39,595 bases of DNA from NCBI GenBank assembly GCA_900617105.1, contig UYFQ01000091.1, forward strand, positions 1-39,595, given 5' to 3'. Below are positions 13,891 through 26,100 of the stretch, one piece after another (the stretch's first letter is position 1; each line of letters starts with the position of its first letter). Origin of the DNA: Hydrurus foetidus (taxonomy: Eukaryota). The translations under genes and the position numbers were made by a program. The notes beneath the pieces were generated by a model. It searched no databases and was not told where the DNA came from. It saw only the letters and a program-made list of their open reading frames with translations.

Positions 13891-15295
13891 TACAAGGGGG
13901 TCTTTGTATATACCCCCTTGTTTCAATGATTCGAGAGACTCGAGACCAACACGTGCGTGTGATTCCACGTGCAAAAAACTTGCCAAGGAATAAACGAGCC
14001 CCTGCAAAATCCTACCTTTTTCTAAAGTAAGGTGGGACATCCACCAATAGTAGCTGCAAATTTTAATCGATTGTGCCACAACCCTGTGCGGGTTCCCCGA
14101 GTTCCTTTCAATGTATGTGATCAAATTCCACTCTTCACCGAAACTACAGAAAATTGCATACATCCGTTTACCTATGTTGCACACACTTGTTCAAGACGGT
14201 AAGAGTTGATCGAAATGCTGGCCAATCAGAACTATTTGCGACATTGATGAATGTTACAAATTTGGACTGATGCAATTAATTCTATATAAGACCATCTCTT
14301 TCGGCACTCGAGCACACCTCCTAAGGGAGACCCCGTGGTCTGCCTCCGGTAAAAATGTGAAAATATTCTCGTTATGGTACCGAAGTATACCTCGGGCAAC
14401 ATTGCAAGTTTCCAGTGCACTCATTTATCATCAGAAAAAATTGAGATCGACATTCTACCGACATTTTTTGAGACTCGAAGTATACACATGTCGGGCATCT
14501 ACATCCCAAAGATCACAAACATAATATCGCCAACATGCCGTTGAAACGTGAAGTCTAACAATAATTCTGAATGACCCTAAGAGCATCAGATAATAAGAAA
14601 ATTTTTAAATGAGCATTGAAGTCTACTTTTCAGGAATGGTCTTCATATGGGATGGTTTACCTTGAGACACAGAAAGTATATGATAAAAGTTCTGAGCGAA
14701 TTTTGATTGTATAGAACATTATGCGGTACACTACCACTGGCAGCTGAATTTGATTCCACTCCCCTCTGTAATGTCTCGAAAATTTATTTTCCCGCTTCAG
14801 CTGCAATACAACTTTGTTGATTCCTCTGACCCACTGAAGCACGCAGGAGCAATGGCCCCAGGCTAACCATAAGCCAGTGTAGAAGAATATTTTAAAGAAC
14901 TGTCAATCGATTTCGTTCTTCGAGGTTTGATATGTTCCACGTAATGAACTCTAGGTCATCAAAAATTTCAGTTTTTGGTCCAACCTCCAGCCTCTCGCCA
15001 CACTGCTCTCGTGGTGCAGCACGAACATTCCGTACCTACAATAAACTCAACTGTAGCAGCCTAACCGGAAGAAGGAGGAGGCTCCAACTTATTAAAAAGT
15101 GAAGAAGTTCAATAACATTCTCAACCCTTCCATAGAGAAAATCATCAGTTAGCAATTTCCGTTCTATTGTTGCAGCCACCCAGACGTGCTTCCCCGTGCT
15201 ACCGTAGCCGGGAATATCCAGCGACAATTGTAGTTCTTCCGAAGGTATTCCAGCGGTTATTTTACAGTATAATTTCGTCAGATTCTTTTGTCGAA

Positions 15296-17898
15296 ATGGC
15301 AACATCGATCTCGCATCACAATCTTCGAAGAAAGGTACTACCGCAACAATCTCAAATTGTACTACGAACATTTCTGAGCGTTTTGTGTGCAAGAGTCTGC
15401 ATTTTCTACTCCTGTATCTCGCAGACTTATTTCCATGTGGATGATTTGGGATTTTATCAATTTAATCGCAGTTGAAGCTGTACATCAAGACTATATCGTT
15501 TACATTGTTGATCGGTGGCTACTGCATCTATAATCTTGCAAACGATTCCCTGAAAGCTACAGAGGGGCTACGCGCGAGCCCCATAAGTCGGCACCTGTCT
15601 GAAAGTCCAGAACTTTATTGTCCAGTGCAGCCTGCCGACCCATCATATATGGCAGTATTCTACTTCCTGGGTGTGATTTATCTTTTTATTGGATTGGCCA
15701 TTGTGGCAGATGATTTTTTTTGTCCAGCACTGGACGTCTTAGCTGATGACCTGAACTTGTCACAAGATGTAGCGGGAGCAACATTAATGGCAGCAGGTGG
15801 CTCTGCCCCGGAACTCTTTGCAAATTTGATCGGGACATTCATCCGCTCTGATGTTGGATTCGGAACAATAGTTGGATCAGCTGTGTTCAATGTTCTGTTC
15901 GTTGTAGGCTTCTGCTCTCTTGTTACCGCAACTCCTATGAAGCTGACAGCGTGGCCGCTGCTGAGGGACTCCACCTGCTACTCGATAACACTCTGCGTTC
16001 TTGCACTTTTCTTTGGAGTATTTAGTCCGCAGAGAATAGAGCTTTATGAGGCTGCCATTTTGTTCGCACTCTACTGGCTGTAAGTACAAACTTTGTATCT
16101 ACGCACTTTTACGGATGCTACTAACTAGAGCACCATCTTAATTGCATGTCTAGTAGCGTCTACAGTGACTTGACGTTTTCCTCCATTTGCAGTTTTTATT
16201 TTGCAACAATTTTTCTTATCTATACCTACCCATTTTCTCTGATCTATTTCTACATATTTTCTCTCATCTGTTCCTATTCATTTTCTCTTAACGTAATGAT
16301 ATTTGATAGGTATGTTTTCCTAATGTACCATAACGCTGCTCTACGTGACTTCTTCGAAAAAAAGTTCGAAGAAAAACAGTCTATTCTAAGTGGAAAAAGT
16401 AGCACGACAAAAAATAATTTTACTATAGAAGTTTTGGGAGATAACGGTAAATTAAGTTTCACGCAGGATAATCAAGGTTATGGCAGTAGTGGTCCCCCCA
16501 GTACAACAAAAGTTAATTTCAGCAATATTGAGCCCGACAGAGAGGAAGTTAGTACTAAATTTAGAGAAAGATCATCTAGTTTTTCCAATAAATATAGGTG
16601 GGTGATTTTACCATATTTTGTTTTATCTGCCAATCCAATTGTCATTTGTGTGATATTATCAATGATATTAATAAAGTCGAAGATAATGTCCATTGCATCA
16701 GCAAAGATCATACTTACGTACTGGAGTAACAAGTCTTTATGATTTAGAAAGAAAACTTCGATAATGTCGTTTTCTTTTGCTCCGCAGAAATGGCGAATCG
16801 CTGTATGCCGTTATATCATCGAAGCAAACATCATTTAAAGAGGAGGAGGATGACGGTGCGTAATTGCCTTTTGACATGGATAGAAATGAGTGCTTTCTTT
16901 CTTCTTCTTTTCTTTTCTTTCCGTTTCTCTCTCTTTATTTATTTATTTATTTATTTGTTTCTTCATTTATTTATTTCTTTATTTATTTATTTTCTGGCAT
17001 CTCTTCGCAATGTATTCAGATCACATGCATGGTCTGTCTGATTATTCATCAAAACGTAGTCTTCGCCTCGAGGGGATAAGTTACAAATACTTGTTTTGTG
17101 TTTATTAGTAATATTCGTCACATCGCAAACACGCACTGCACTGCACACTTCACTTACCAAGTACACAGCGAACCGAAATCTCCTCATAAGTTGCCTCGTT
17201 CATATTCACTTATCACCCACGACGCTTTCTTTCTCTCACTTTTATATTACCGTGGTATCACATTTGGATACTTACTCGACAATTCAAAAATAGGGGTCAG
17301 TATGGATTACCCTGAACCTGGATCCGGTTATTTCGCCTGGTTTTGGTATATTTTGACATTTCCACTTTTCGCGGTCTTGATTTTTTCGATACCGGATGTG
17401 AAAAGAAAAGAATCAAAAAAATATGCAGTGTTATCATTTTGTGTCTGTTTGACTTGGATGGGATTGTTCTCTTATTTCCTTGTAAACTGGGTAGAAATTT
17501 TGGGGGCGACTCTTGGTATTCCGTCTGTTATCATGGGCTTAACTTTCTTGGCAGCGGGGACAAGTATACCGGATATGTTAGCCGCAGTAATTGTGGCCAA
17601 AAAAGGGTTTGGAGACCAAGCTGTATCATCTTCTATAGGGAGTAACGTATTCGATATTACAGTAGGACTAGCTCTGCCTTGGCTATTGTTCAATCTGATC
17701 TACAAAATACCTGTTGTTGTTATTGCGGATGGATTTTTGATATCTATCATAATATTGTTTTTAACTTTGTTGGTCATGATTCTTACTATACGTCATAGAG
17801 GATGGTCTCTACCCATGAGCAGCGGATATTTCTTCATTTTTCTGTATTTTGTATACGTCATTCAACAAGTCGCTAGATCCCCCTTTGGGGAATGTTAA
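15296..17898 (+). CDS. K+-dependent Na+/Ca2+ exchanger (NCKX/SLC24-like), 5 predicted exons
   Basis: Alpha-1 repeat [17 protein letters not shown]...[12 protein letters not shown] and alpha-2 repeat [14 protein letters not shown]...[13 protein letters not shown], with many TM helices. Exons about 15296-15334, 15472-16079, 16310-16597, 16788-16855, 17294-17898 splice in frame. First exon is inferred. Confidence 0.92.
16934..16993. repeat. Imperfect (TTTA)n microsatellite in an exchanger intron
   Basis: Read directly. Confidence 0.8.
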
Positions 17899-18422
17899 TT
17901 GACCGTGACATGCGTACTAAATCATGAAAATAATTTATTATTCCATAGAATTATATTATTGATGCACATATCACCCTCAAGTATTGGGCTTTATGACTGA
18001 AGTTGTTTATGATGATCAATCGGCACACAACGCCTTCTTCAGTTACGATGACGACATCACCGCAATTGAATGCACGTCTCAAATTTTTTTTATTCTTAGT
18101 ACGTACAACACAACACAATACAACTTTTCTGATATCAAATGAAATTATTCACTTTTAAATATAATTAAATCGTGCCCGTGACTTCCCCTTTCATCCACAA
18201 CACTCAATTCTCTGACAAACACACTACACTATTTCCCTCTTAAAATTTCTTCAGCCATATATCACTCTCATTTGAATTCTTGGAATTCTATCGATACCAT
18301 GCGATGAGACGAAATTCTATCTGCTCTAAATTTTTCCTCATTCCCTCGTCCATCTTTTTCTTTGCTCTTATTTTTGTAACTATCGTACGATACTTTTCAA
18401 TACCGTGCAGTAGTCATTCTTA

Positions 18423-19008
18423 TTAAGAGTCGTTGTCCGTAACCGTGCTCTTTCCGGTGGGTGGTGAAAAAAACGTAAAAACGGATTTCACCACCCAAAA
18501 TGGAACCATCAAAAGAAATCTCAATTTTTCGAATCAGTACAAACGGATTTCACCATCATTTTGGGCACACCGTTTCCCGTTTTTTAAATATGAGGATCTG
18601 ATGTACGGATTTCAAAAAACTAAATTTTTTCCGGATAAACTCGGGAGTTGAATTTTCGACCTGGATTTTCTACACAATTGCAGGAATTTTACACTTGATC
18701 CTCAGATTAAAACACATGATATGATGACTGGCATTCCGAATCAGTGATCAGGTCCGGTCCTGCTACTAAGTTGAGATTTCTTTCGCTGGCCCAAAGTTTC
18801 TTATTTTTAACGCGGAGACCACACAATAAATGGCATTTCCAAACAGTTAGACTTCGCGAATCAACACTCAAACAGAACGGGAGTCAATAGTAGTCACACA
18901 ACTCCAAGATTTATCATAATAGGCTTCATTTGAAGACAAAATGATTTTTTTCTCAATTTCCATTTTACACACTGATGAAAGAGCACGGTTACGGACAACG
19001 ACTCTTAA
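18423..19008. mobile_element. 586-bp non-autonomous TIR DNA transposon flanked by TTAA
   Basis: Perfect 32-bp inverted repeat: TTAAGAGTCGTTGTCCGTAACCGTGCTCTTTC (18423-18454) and its reverse complement (18977-19008). Internal repeated ACGGATTTCA motif. No recognisable transposase. Confidence 0.85.
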
Positions 19009-19505
19009 ATGAAATCCGATCAAATCATGTCGCTCTTTGGCTCTTCGGCTCAATACTTTTCTCTTTTTTTTTATCACGACCAAATTCAAGATTGGGAAAT
19101 CATTTCGTTGTCGGGAAACAGTTTCGTTTCATGTTACCGTGAGGATGAGAGTTGCCTTTGTTGGGAAGTTGGGAGTTGGATGCTGATAGTGATTTGGAGA
19201 TACTCGATGTTGGAACTGAATCGGCGAACCGAGACCGATTTTCTTTTTGTCAACAAAAGACAAGCATCTCTAATACAAGATGACACATGAAAAAAAGGGT
19301 AGTATAAAAAAAGAAAAGAGTGTACGTGCATAAAGTCAGTACACAGATTCTTGTACGGAGTACCGTACACAGACCGTACGTTTTACACGGTTTTGTGGCG
19401 CCAGTTGAGTTGTTCGGAGACTCTTCTCTCGACTGTCTGTCTCCTTCCTCCTTCGGCGGAGGGTTGTAACTTGTCGAACTGCGTAGACCGTCATTTCAAT
19501 TAACA

Positions 19506-20645
19506 ATGGGTCTTCTGACAATTCTGAAGAAAGTGAAGCAGAGGGAGAGAGAGCTGAGGATCCTCATTTTGGGATTGGACAATGCCGGAAAAACAACAGG
19601 TCAGGAAAATATGTGAGGTATATTATCACAATGGATTCATGCACCACAGATAAGAACGTCGATATGTTTTGCGACGACTCATCAAATGTTACACAGCGGA
19701 AATGCCCCATGTAAACCTTGCCCTGAATTGACTCTATATTGATCCGAAAAACCGATCTTATCTTGCGAAGTCATGAAGAGAGTTTCTGGAGAGGACATCT
19801 TAGAGATATCTCCTACAGTCGGCTTCAATATCAAAAGGTATTTTTTGCTACCCGCGACTACTGTATGATCCCGACTCAAATTTGGCAAAAAATTCTAACG
19901 CTGCTTTGTAGTGCTACCATTTTAATATGACACAAAACTTGCTACCATTGATTCTTCAGTTTGGAGTACAAAGAGTACATTCTTAATCTTTGGGATGTTG
20001 GGGGCCAGAAATCAATTAGAACATATTGGAGGAACTATTTCGAGATGACGGACGGAATCATTTGGGTTGTGGATTCGGTTGATCGTTGGAGGCTGGAAGA
20101 ATGCAGAAAACAATTAAGGGATATCTTAAGTCAAGAAAAGCTTGCAGGAGCAAGTTTGCTAATTTTCGCAAATAAGCAAGACTTAGGTGAGAATCTTGTG
20201 GGAGCTGTAACCTTATTTCCGAAGTGACCGTAGGTTTCAATGGACAGAAAGATGTCCGAAATGGATACTGATAAATTACTGAGAACACAAAAGTTACTCA
20301 GCTCATTACCTCCTTCTCTTGTTTTCCTTTTTCTCTTCTAATCTATTCTAGGAGGCGCTTTGGGATTTCGGGAAATAGCAGAGGCGTTGGATTTAGATGG
20401 TGAGAGCCAATATCCTTAACTGTCTATCTTTACCTTCTTTCTCTGAATCTCTAATTTTGGCGCCTTTCAATCTCGTCTTCAAATCATAACTGCATTCTTC
20501 TCTTTTCTGCATCTCCTTAGGAGAGGATATTGGTGGAAGGCACTGGACGATATACGGATGTTCAGCAGTCATTGGAGATGGCTTGATTACTGGATTTGAT
20601 TGGCTAGTTGACGACATTTCTTCCAGAATATTCATGATGTCTTGA
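19506..20645 (+). CDS. ARL2: ADP-ribosylation factor-like protein 2, 5 exons
   Basis: [35 protein letters not shown]...[52 protein letters not shown]...ANKQDL|...|[10 protein letters not shown]...[17 protein letters not shown]2 signature N- and C-termini. Confidence 0.95.
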
Positions 20646-21030
20646 ATTACCTCACGACGGTTTACTTGCCAGTCGATGAGTTCGACATTTACCTGATTCA
20701 ATTTGTAATTTAATTTACGTACGCACTTTGATAGTTCCTGTTGTACTTACTTTCCGTTGGCTGTCACAGTCACAGTTGTGGAAAATGTACATAAAATACG
20801 AATGATTCCTATCTTCGTTCATATTGTGTCTTCTTTCACAAATGGCCAGCCATAAAATGAAGGCAGGATGACTTTTGAAGACAGTGTGATTCAGTTATTT
20901 GATACAAGATGAGAATAAGGTGAACGAGATTTTGACATGTAGACTCGAAGTGTAAAAAAATACAGTACACACAATAAGTAACAACGGAACGACATAAAAA
21001 AACATCAAATAAGGGTAAAAGAGTCTAAGA

Positions 21031-22664
21031 CTAAGATAGGGCAGCTGTTGGTGCTGATGGCTGTGTTGGTGGTAAAGTAGGGAATGACGTAGGGATGACA
21101 GTGGGGACTTGTGTGGGAATACGGGTTGGGAGTTGACTAGGTAGTGGTGTGGGAATAGGTGTAGGAACAGGTGTGGGGAGAAAAGTAGGCAAGAAAGTTG
21201 GTGCAAAAGTAGGCTTATGTGTGGGTGTTGCAGTCGGCAGAAAAGATGGCAGGAAAGTTGGCATGGCAGTAGGCCTCATTGACGGCCTGAAAGATGGAGA
21301 TGCCGTGACAGGCATCATAGTGGGTCTCAGTGCAGTAGTGTTCGAAGATGTTTGACTTGGGCCTGCATAAGGTGGTTTACTGGACGCTAGAGTAAAAGAA
21401 AGAGTAGATTAGGAGTAAGATTTAGTACGCAGTTCTGTAATCTATCTATCTACCAGCCAGCTAAAAGATAAAAATCAGTGATATCACGATGAAGGAATTT
21501 ACAGGTCAATTTGGACGAAGGGTGGTGATGGCTGATTGATGATTTGAGATGTCGAATCTTACGAAGTTTGATTTGCTGGAGTAGAAATACTGTAGAACAC
21601 ATTCGGTTACCTGATAGACTTTTGCCAGATATGGCGATATAAAGTACTAGTCCGAGCATCACAACAATATTAATTGTTGCAAATCCTTGGATCAACTTAT
21701 CTGTTGCCTTAGGAAACAGAAACGTGAAGAGAAATGAGAGGGACAATCAGTGAAAAGTTGTCAATGAGAAAATGCACGTAAATCAAGTTCAAGTAAATCA
21801 TAACGTATTCCCCACATAAACCAAACAGAAAAATCTCAACAAGCTCTACAAAGTTCAAAAGAAAGCAGTACCATTCTTCTCGTAAAGTTAAAGAGTAGCA
21901 CTTCGGCTCTTTTTAAATTACTGTCAATAACGTCAACCTCCGCCTCGATGTCTTTTATCTGATCCTTTTGTCTTCGCAATTCTACAGAAAAAAATATCCA
22001 AATGAAGTTCACTATTGAAAGGAGATCTAGGAATAAACAGAATGACAAATCAATTCATACAGAACACTTTGATAAACAGTAGTGGGAAATGACCTTCTAA
22101 TGTAGCTGTCCCAACTTCCTTAGAATTTTGTATCATCAAGTTTGTTCTGATCAAAGATTCAAATGTTTTGTCTTGCAGCTCGTTCGCTCCATCAAGCAGC
22201 TCATCGTTTCCTTTCCCTAGGGTGATCGATATTTCAGTAGCAGCGTCATTTCTTCTGCGGTGTACGAGAGTTTATGGTGGGATCAGCTTGATAATGTCCT
22301 GCTCACCATCTGTCGAGAACATTCTCCTATTCGCAGTCTCCTCGAATAACTCTTGCTTATTCTGTTTCATTTTGATCAACTTCAGATCCTTTGTCAAAAA
22401 CATAACCTTGTCATCGAGGGCTTTTTTTAGTCTATCATACTCCTGTTTCTCCGCCCGATCTTTCACTAATTTCAATTCTAAGTTGAAAGACGTCTTCACG
22501 TCTTTAATTTTTGAAAGAATCGTATCACATTCAGATATCAGTTTGATTATTTTCCTGTTGTTTGTTGAATTAGATGTGATCAATGAATTCAATGCTGTGC
22601 TTGTGGAGGCGAATTGATTCGCTTCCTTCGAGTATTCATCATGCCAATATGCTATGTCTGCCAT
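21031..22664 (-). CDS. NPSN-like Qb SNARE with C-terminal Pro/Thr/Ser-rich extension, 5 exons
   Basis: Helical N-terminal domain; SNARE motif (SKEVGTATLEELRRQKDQIKDIEAEVDVIDSNLKRAEVLL); RRM|ATDKLI followed by a TM helix, as in NPSN (RQVATDKCI). Last exon 21386-21031 splices in frame and encodes PT repeats. Confidence 0.82.
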
Positions 22665-22866
22665 GATTGTCGATACTTTTCTATCGGAATAATAATTTGT
22701 TACGGCTATCGCCTCCCTGACCACGATGAGCTCATCACAGCCTTTCGCTGATCACGATTGATGGAGTAGGTCACGCCTTTGCTTCTTCTGTTTAGCATTG
22801 GCATACACAAGAAGGGTAAGAGCCCGGTATAGAAAGTACAGTCGGCGCGAGCCGGTACCGTACTGT

Positions 22867-23143
22867 TGTTGGATATCACGTATGTATGGTCGGCGTAAGT
22901 TACGGTAGCGTACGAACGTACGCTACACTTGAAGTGTCAGAACGTTGCGTGACACTTTGACGATAATACATGCGTGTAGTATATAGGTAGCTAGTGTTGC
23001 TAACTGTAAACTTCGTGGTGAGTGCAAACAGGGATGCACACCACAAGTTTAATAACAAGTATTTGCCGAAACGAAGTCGACATTTTACGAGTCTTGGTCC
23101 GTTACTGTACATCGCGGTGTTCGAGAACTTGGGAATCCCAACA
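22867..23143 (+). repeat. Copia 5' LTR (277 bp)
   Basis: TGTTGG...CCAACA termini; direct repeat of 33474-33750. Confidence 0.97.
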
Positions 23144-23167
23144 TATTAAACTTGAGGCTATATCGAG

Positions 23168-26100
23168 ATGTCGCCAAAGAAGTCCGTCGAAGCCAAAACT
23201 GCAACGCCGTGCATGCTTCAAATCGGCAAGAACAACAATGTTGTGGCCTGGAATTTAGAGATGCGAGCTTCGCTGCGCATACTATACGGCAACGCTGCCA
23301 ACTTCCTCACCACAAACGTTCGCTACGTTCCACCTCTGCCTAGAGAGGAGGACTACACCGTGGTATATCCCGCGGGAGAGGGCATAGCCGCGGGGGTAGC
23401 TATTTCGGCTGCCCTGCTAGCAGATATGAAAAAGGACTGTTTCAACGGTCGCCGCAGGCGAATGGAGCAGCAAACCATTGACGAAGCCAAGATCTGGAGC
23501 ATCATGTGGACTCAGATGTCATCTGCCTCCCAAGGAAAAGTCAAGGAGGAAGAGGGCTACGAAAACGCATCGATCATTGGGGACTGCGTCGTCCTGTGGG
23601 ACATGATTCGTAGAACACACCTGACGCATATCTTCGGGGAACAAGACCCAATGATGAGGCTCAATCGTCGCGAGCAAAACTCACGATATACTGCCCTCAG
23701 ACAAGGTGATAGAGAATACATTACATCGTTTAAAGCAAGATTCGATGCTCAAATTCAGGCAATGAGAGGTGCCGGACTCCCGGATATGGACAATGAAACC
23801 CTAGCGATGGACTTTATCCATAAACTCGACATGCGCAGATACGGTAGAATGCTATCTAGCATGCGAAACAAGGCACTGTGCAATGATCCCGCAGCCTATC
23901 CGTTGACACTAGGGTCCGCACTCCGTATAGCGTCCGGGTGGGTGCACGAAGATCCAAGTTCCGGAACCCCAGGATCCGATACCCACTCTGCTTTCATCAC
24001 CGCAGATACGAACTTCGTGACGAAGTCTAGAGACCAAGAGAAAAAACGAAGTACGACCATCCTCAGAGGCAAGTCGGCTGCAGGAAAGAGAAAGCCACTT
24101 GCGGAAGTGATGTGCTATGTCTGCGGATTAATGGGACACTACGCGAGAGATTGTGCAGAGAAAAAGGGAGCAGATTCGGCGTTGGTAACTACAACAACAG
24201 GCAGAATCGAATCGGATGAAGAGAACGAAACAGATGACGAAGACATCAATGAGACAGCGTTTGTAACAACCAGCGAGAAAGTGCTGTTCTCAAAATTCGA
24301 CGTGCTACTTGACAGTCAAGCGTCCGTGAACGTGTTCTGCAATCGAAACCTGCTTCGCAATGTCAGAATCTCGGAACGAGATATCGTCCTCAACGGAGTT
24401 CAAGCTGGAGCAGATGTAGTCTGCATCAGTCAAGAAGGGGATTTCAACGACGTCGGGAAAGTATACTTCAGTAAGAATTCGTCAGCGAACATACTGTCGT
24501 ATGCCGTCATGGTGGATCAGGGCAACAACGTTACATATGATCAACCTAACGACAGGTTTCTACTGCGTCCCAAAGATAGTAACAAAATCTACTCATTCTG
24601 CCGCAAGAATGTTGAGGGCAGCGAAAACAGATTCTACTGCTGCAACGTGAAGTCCATGATTCAAAAGGTAGCGACAATCTACCCGCCGTGCGACGATATG
24701 GCTCTCATCGAAACGGAGGAGTCGAATCTGCAGAAATACTCGAAAAGAGAAATAGAGGGTGCCCAACGAGCTCGTCAGCTGCTTGCAAAAATGGGATTTC
24801 CACCGGTAAACAAGGCAATCGAAATCATCACAAGGGGATCCAATTTCGACGTGACGTCGAGAGACTTCACGATAGCACAAGACATATGGGGAATCGACAT
24901 TGCATCTATAAAAGGAAAACAGAAGAAACGATCAACATTTGCGCCTGACACATCGATTGGCGCAGCAATAGTACAACAAGAACAAATCCTGTCTGTGGAC
25001 GTCTTGTTCGTGGAGGGAGTGCCATCGCTTATCGGCCTAGCGACACCGTTAGATTTAACCATGGCGGTGTCGCTACTCACCTTTGACTCTCTGAAAGGTT
25101 CGAGGTCGGCCAGCGCTATCAAAAAAGGAATACTCGGGTTTGTTTCAACGCTCGCGTCACGTAACTTCAAAACGCGGTTAATTATGTCAGATGGAGAGGG
25201 GGCTATCGGTCAAATAAGTGGGGAGCTCAACCTGCTGGGCATAGAGGTCGACATAAGTGGTGCTGGAGGTCATGTTGCTCGTATCGAAGGAAAGATACAG
25301 ACGGTAAAAGAAAGAGTCAGAGCTCATATTGCACACCAATTACCATTTACACTGACAGCACTCGGCATATCTATGCTAGTATTATTCTGCATATCTAGGC
25401 TTAACTACCAGACATCAGGAATCAACAGCAATTTGGAGAGCCCGAGAGTCGCATTCTCTGGGAGACAAACAAACATGGCGCTGGACTACAGAGCAGCTTT
25501 TGGAGAATATGCGCAGTGCACTGTGCCCAACACCGACAACTCTATGGAATCAAGAACAGAAGACTGCGTGGTAATGTTGCCAACAGGCAACAGAACCGGA
25601 TCAGTCAAGATGCTGTCCATTAGGACTGGGAGGTTAGTGACAAGAGACCAATTTAAAATACTTCCCATGCCAAATACTGTCGTCAGCAGATTAAACGACA
25701 TGGCGCTCAAGGAAGGAAGAAGAATCGTCACTCGATCAAATATGATATACGATCTGGAAAGCGGGTTGCGGAATCTGGAAGATCCCACGTACATACGGCC
25801 AAATGAAGACCGTACGGTAGATCCGGCCAACGTGCCAGACGGGTATACAGACGCCATCCTAGCAGACAACACCAATCAGACGAGTGATCACACGGATGAA
25901 CCAGTTGATCAAGAACCAGACTATGCGATGAGACGCGCAGCAGAGTCAGAAACGACTGAGTATTATGACGTACCTGGATTTGACAGGGAGAGCCTGGACG
26001 TGGGACCACTAATAGAATTTAGTGCAGATGACGTTCAAGCGACGGAGGCCCAGCAGACATTTGGATCTCCGTCGACCAGAAGCGTGCGCTCCACTCCAGC

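Noticed and set aside
13888..15290. Short ORFs between the MITE and the exchanger gene
   Set aside because: No family similarity I can support; may be decayed TE sequence.
22900..23112. Antisense ORF MYSNGPRLVKC... present twice (also within 33507-33881)
   Set aside because: The duplication simply reflects the two LTRs; no coding evidence.
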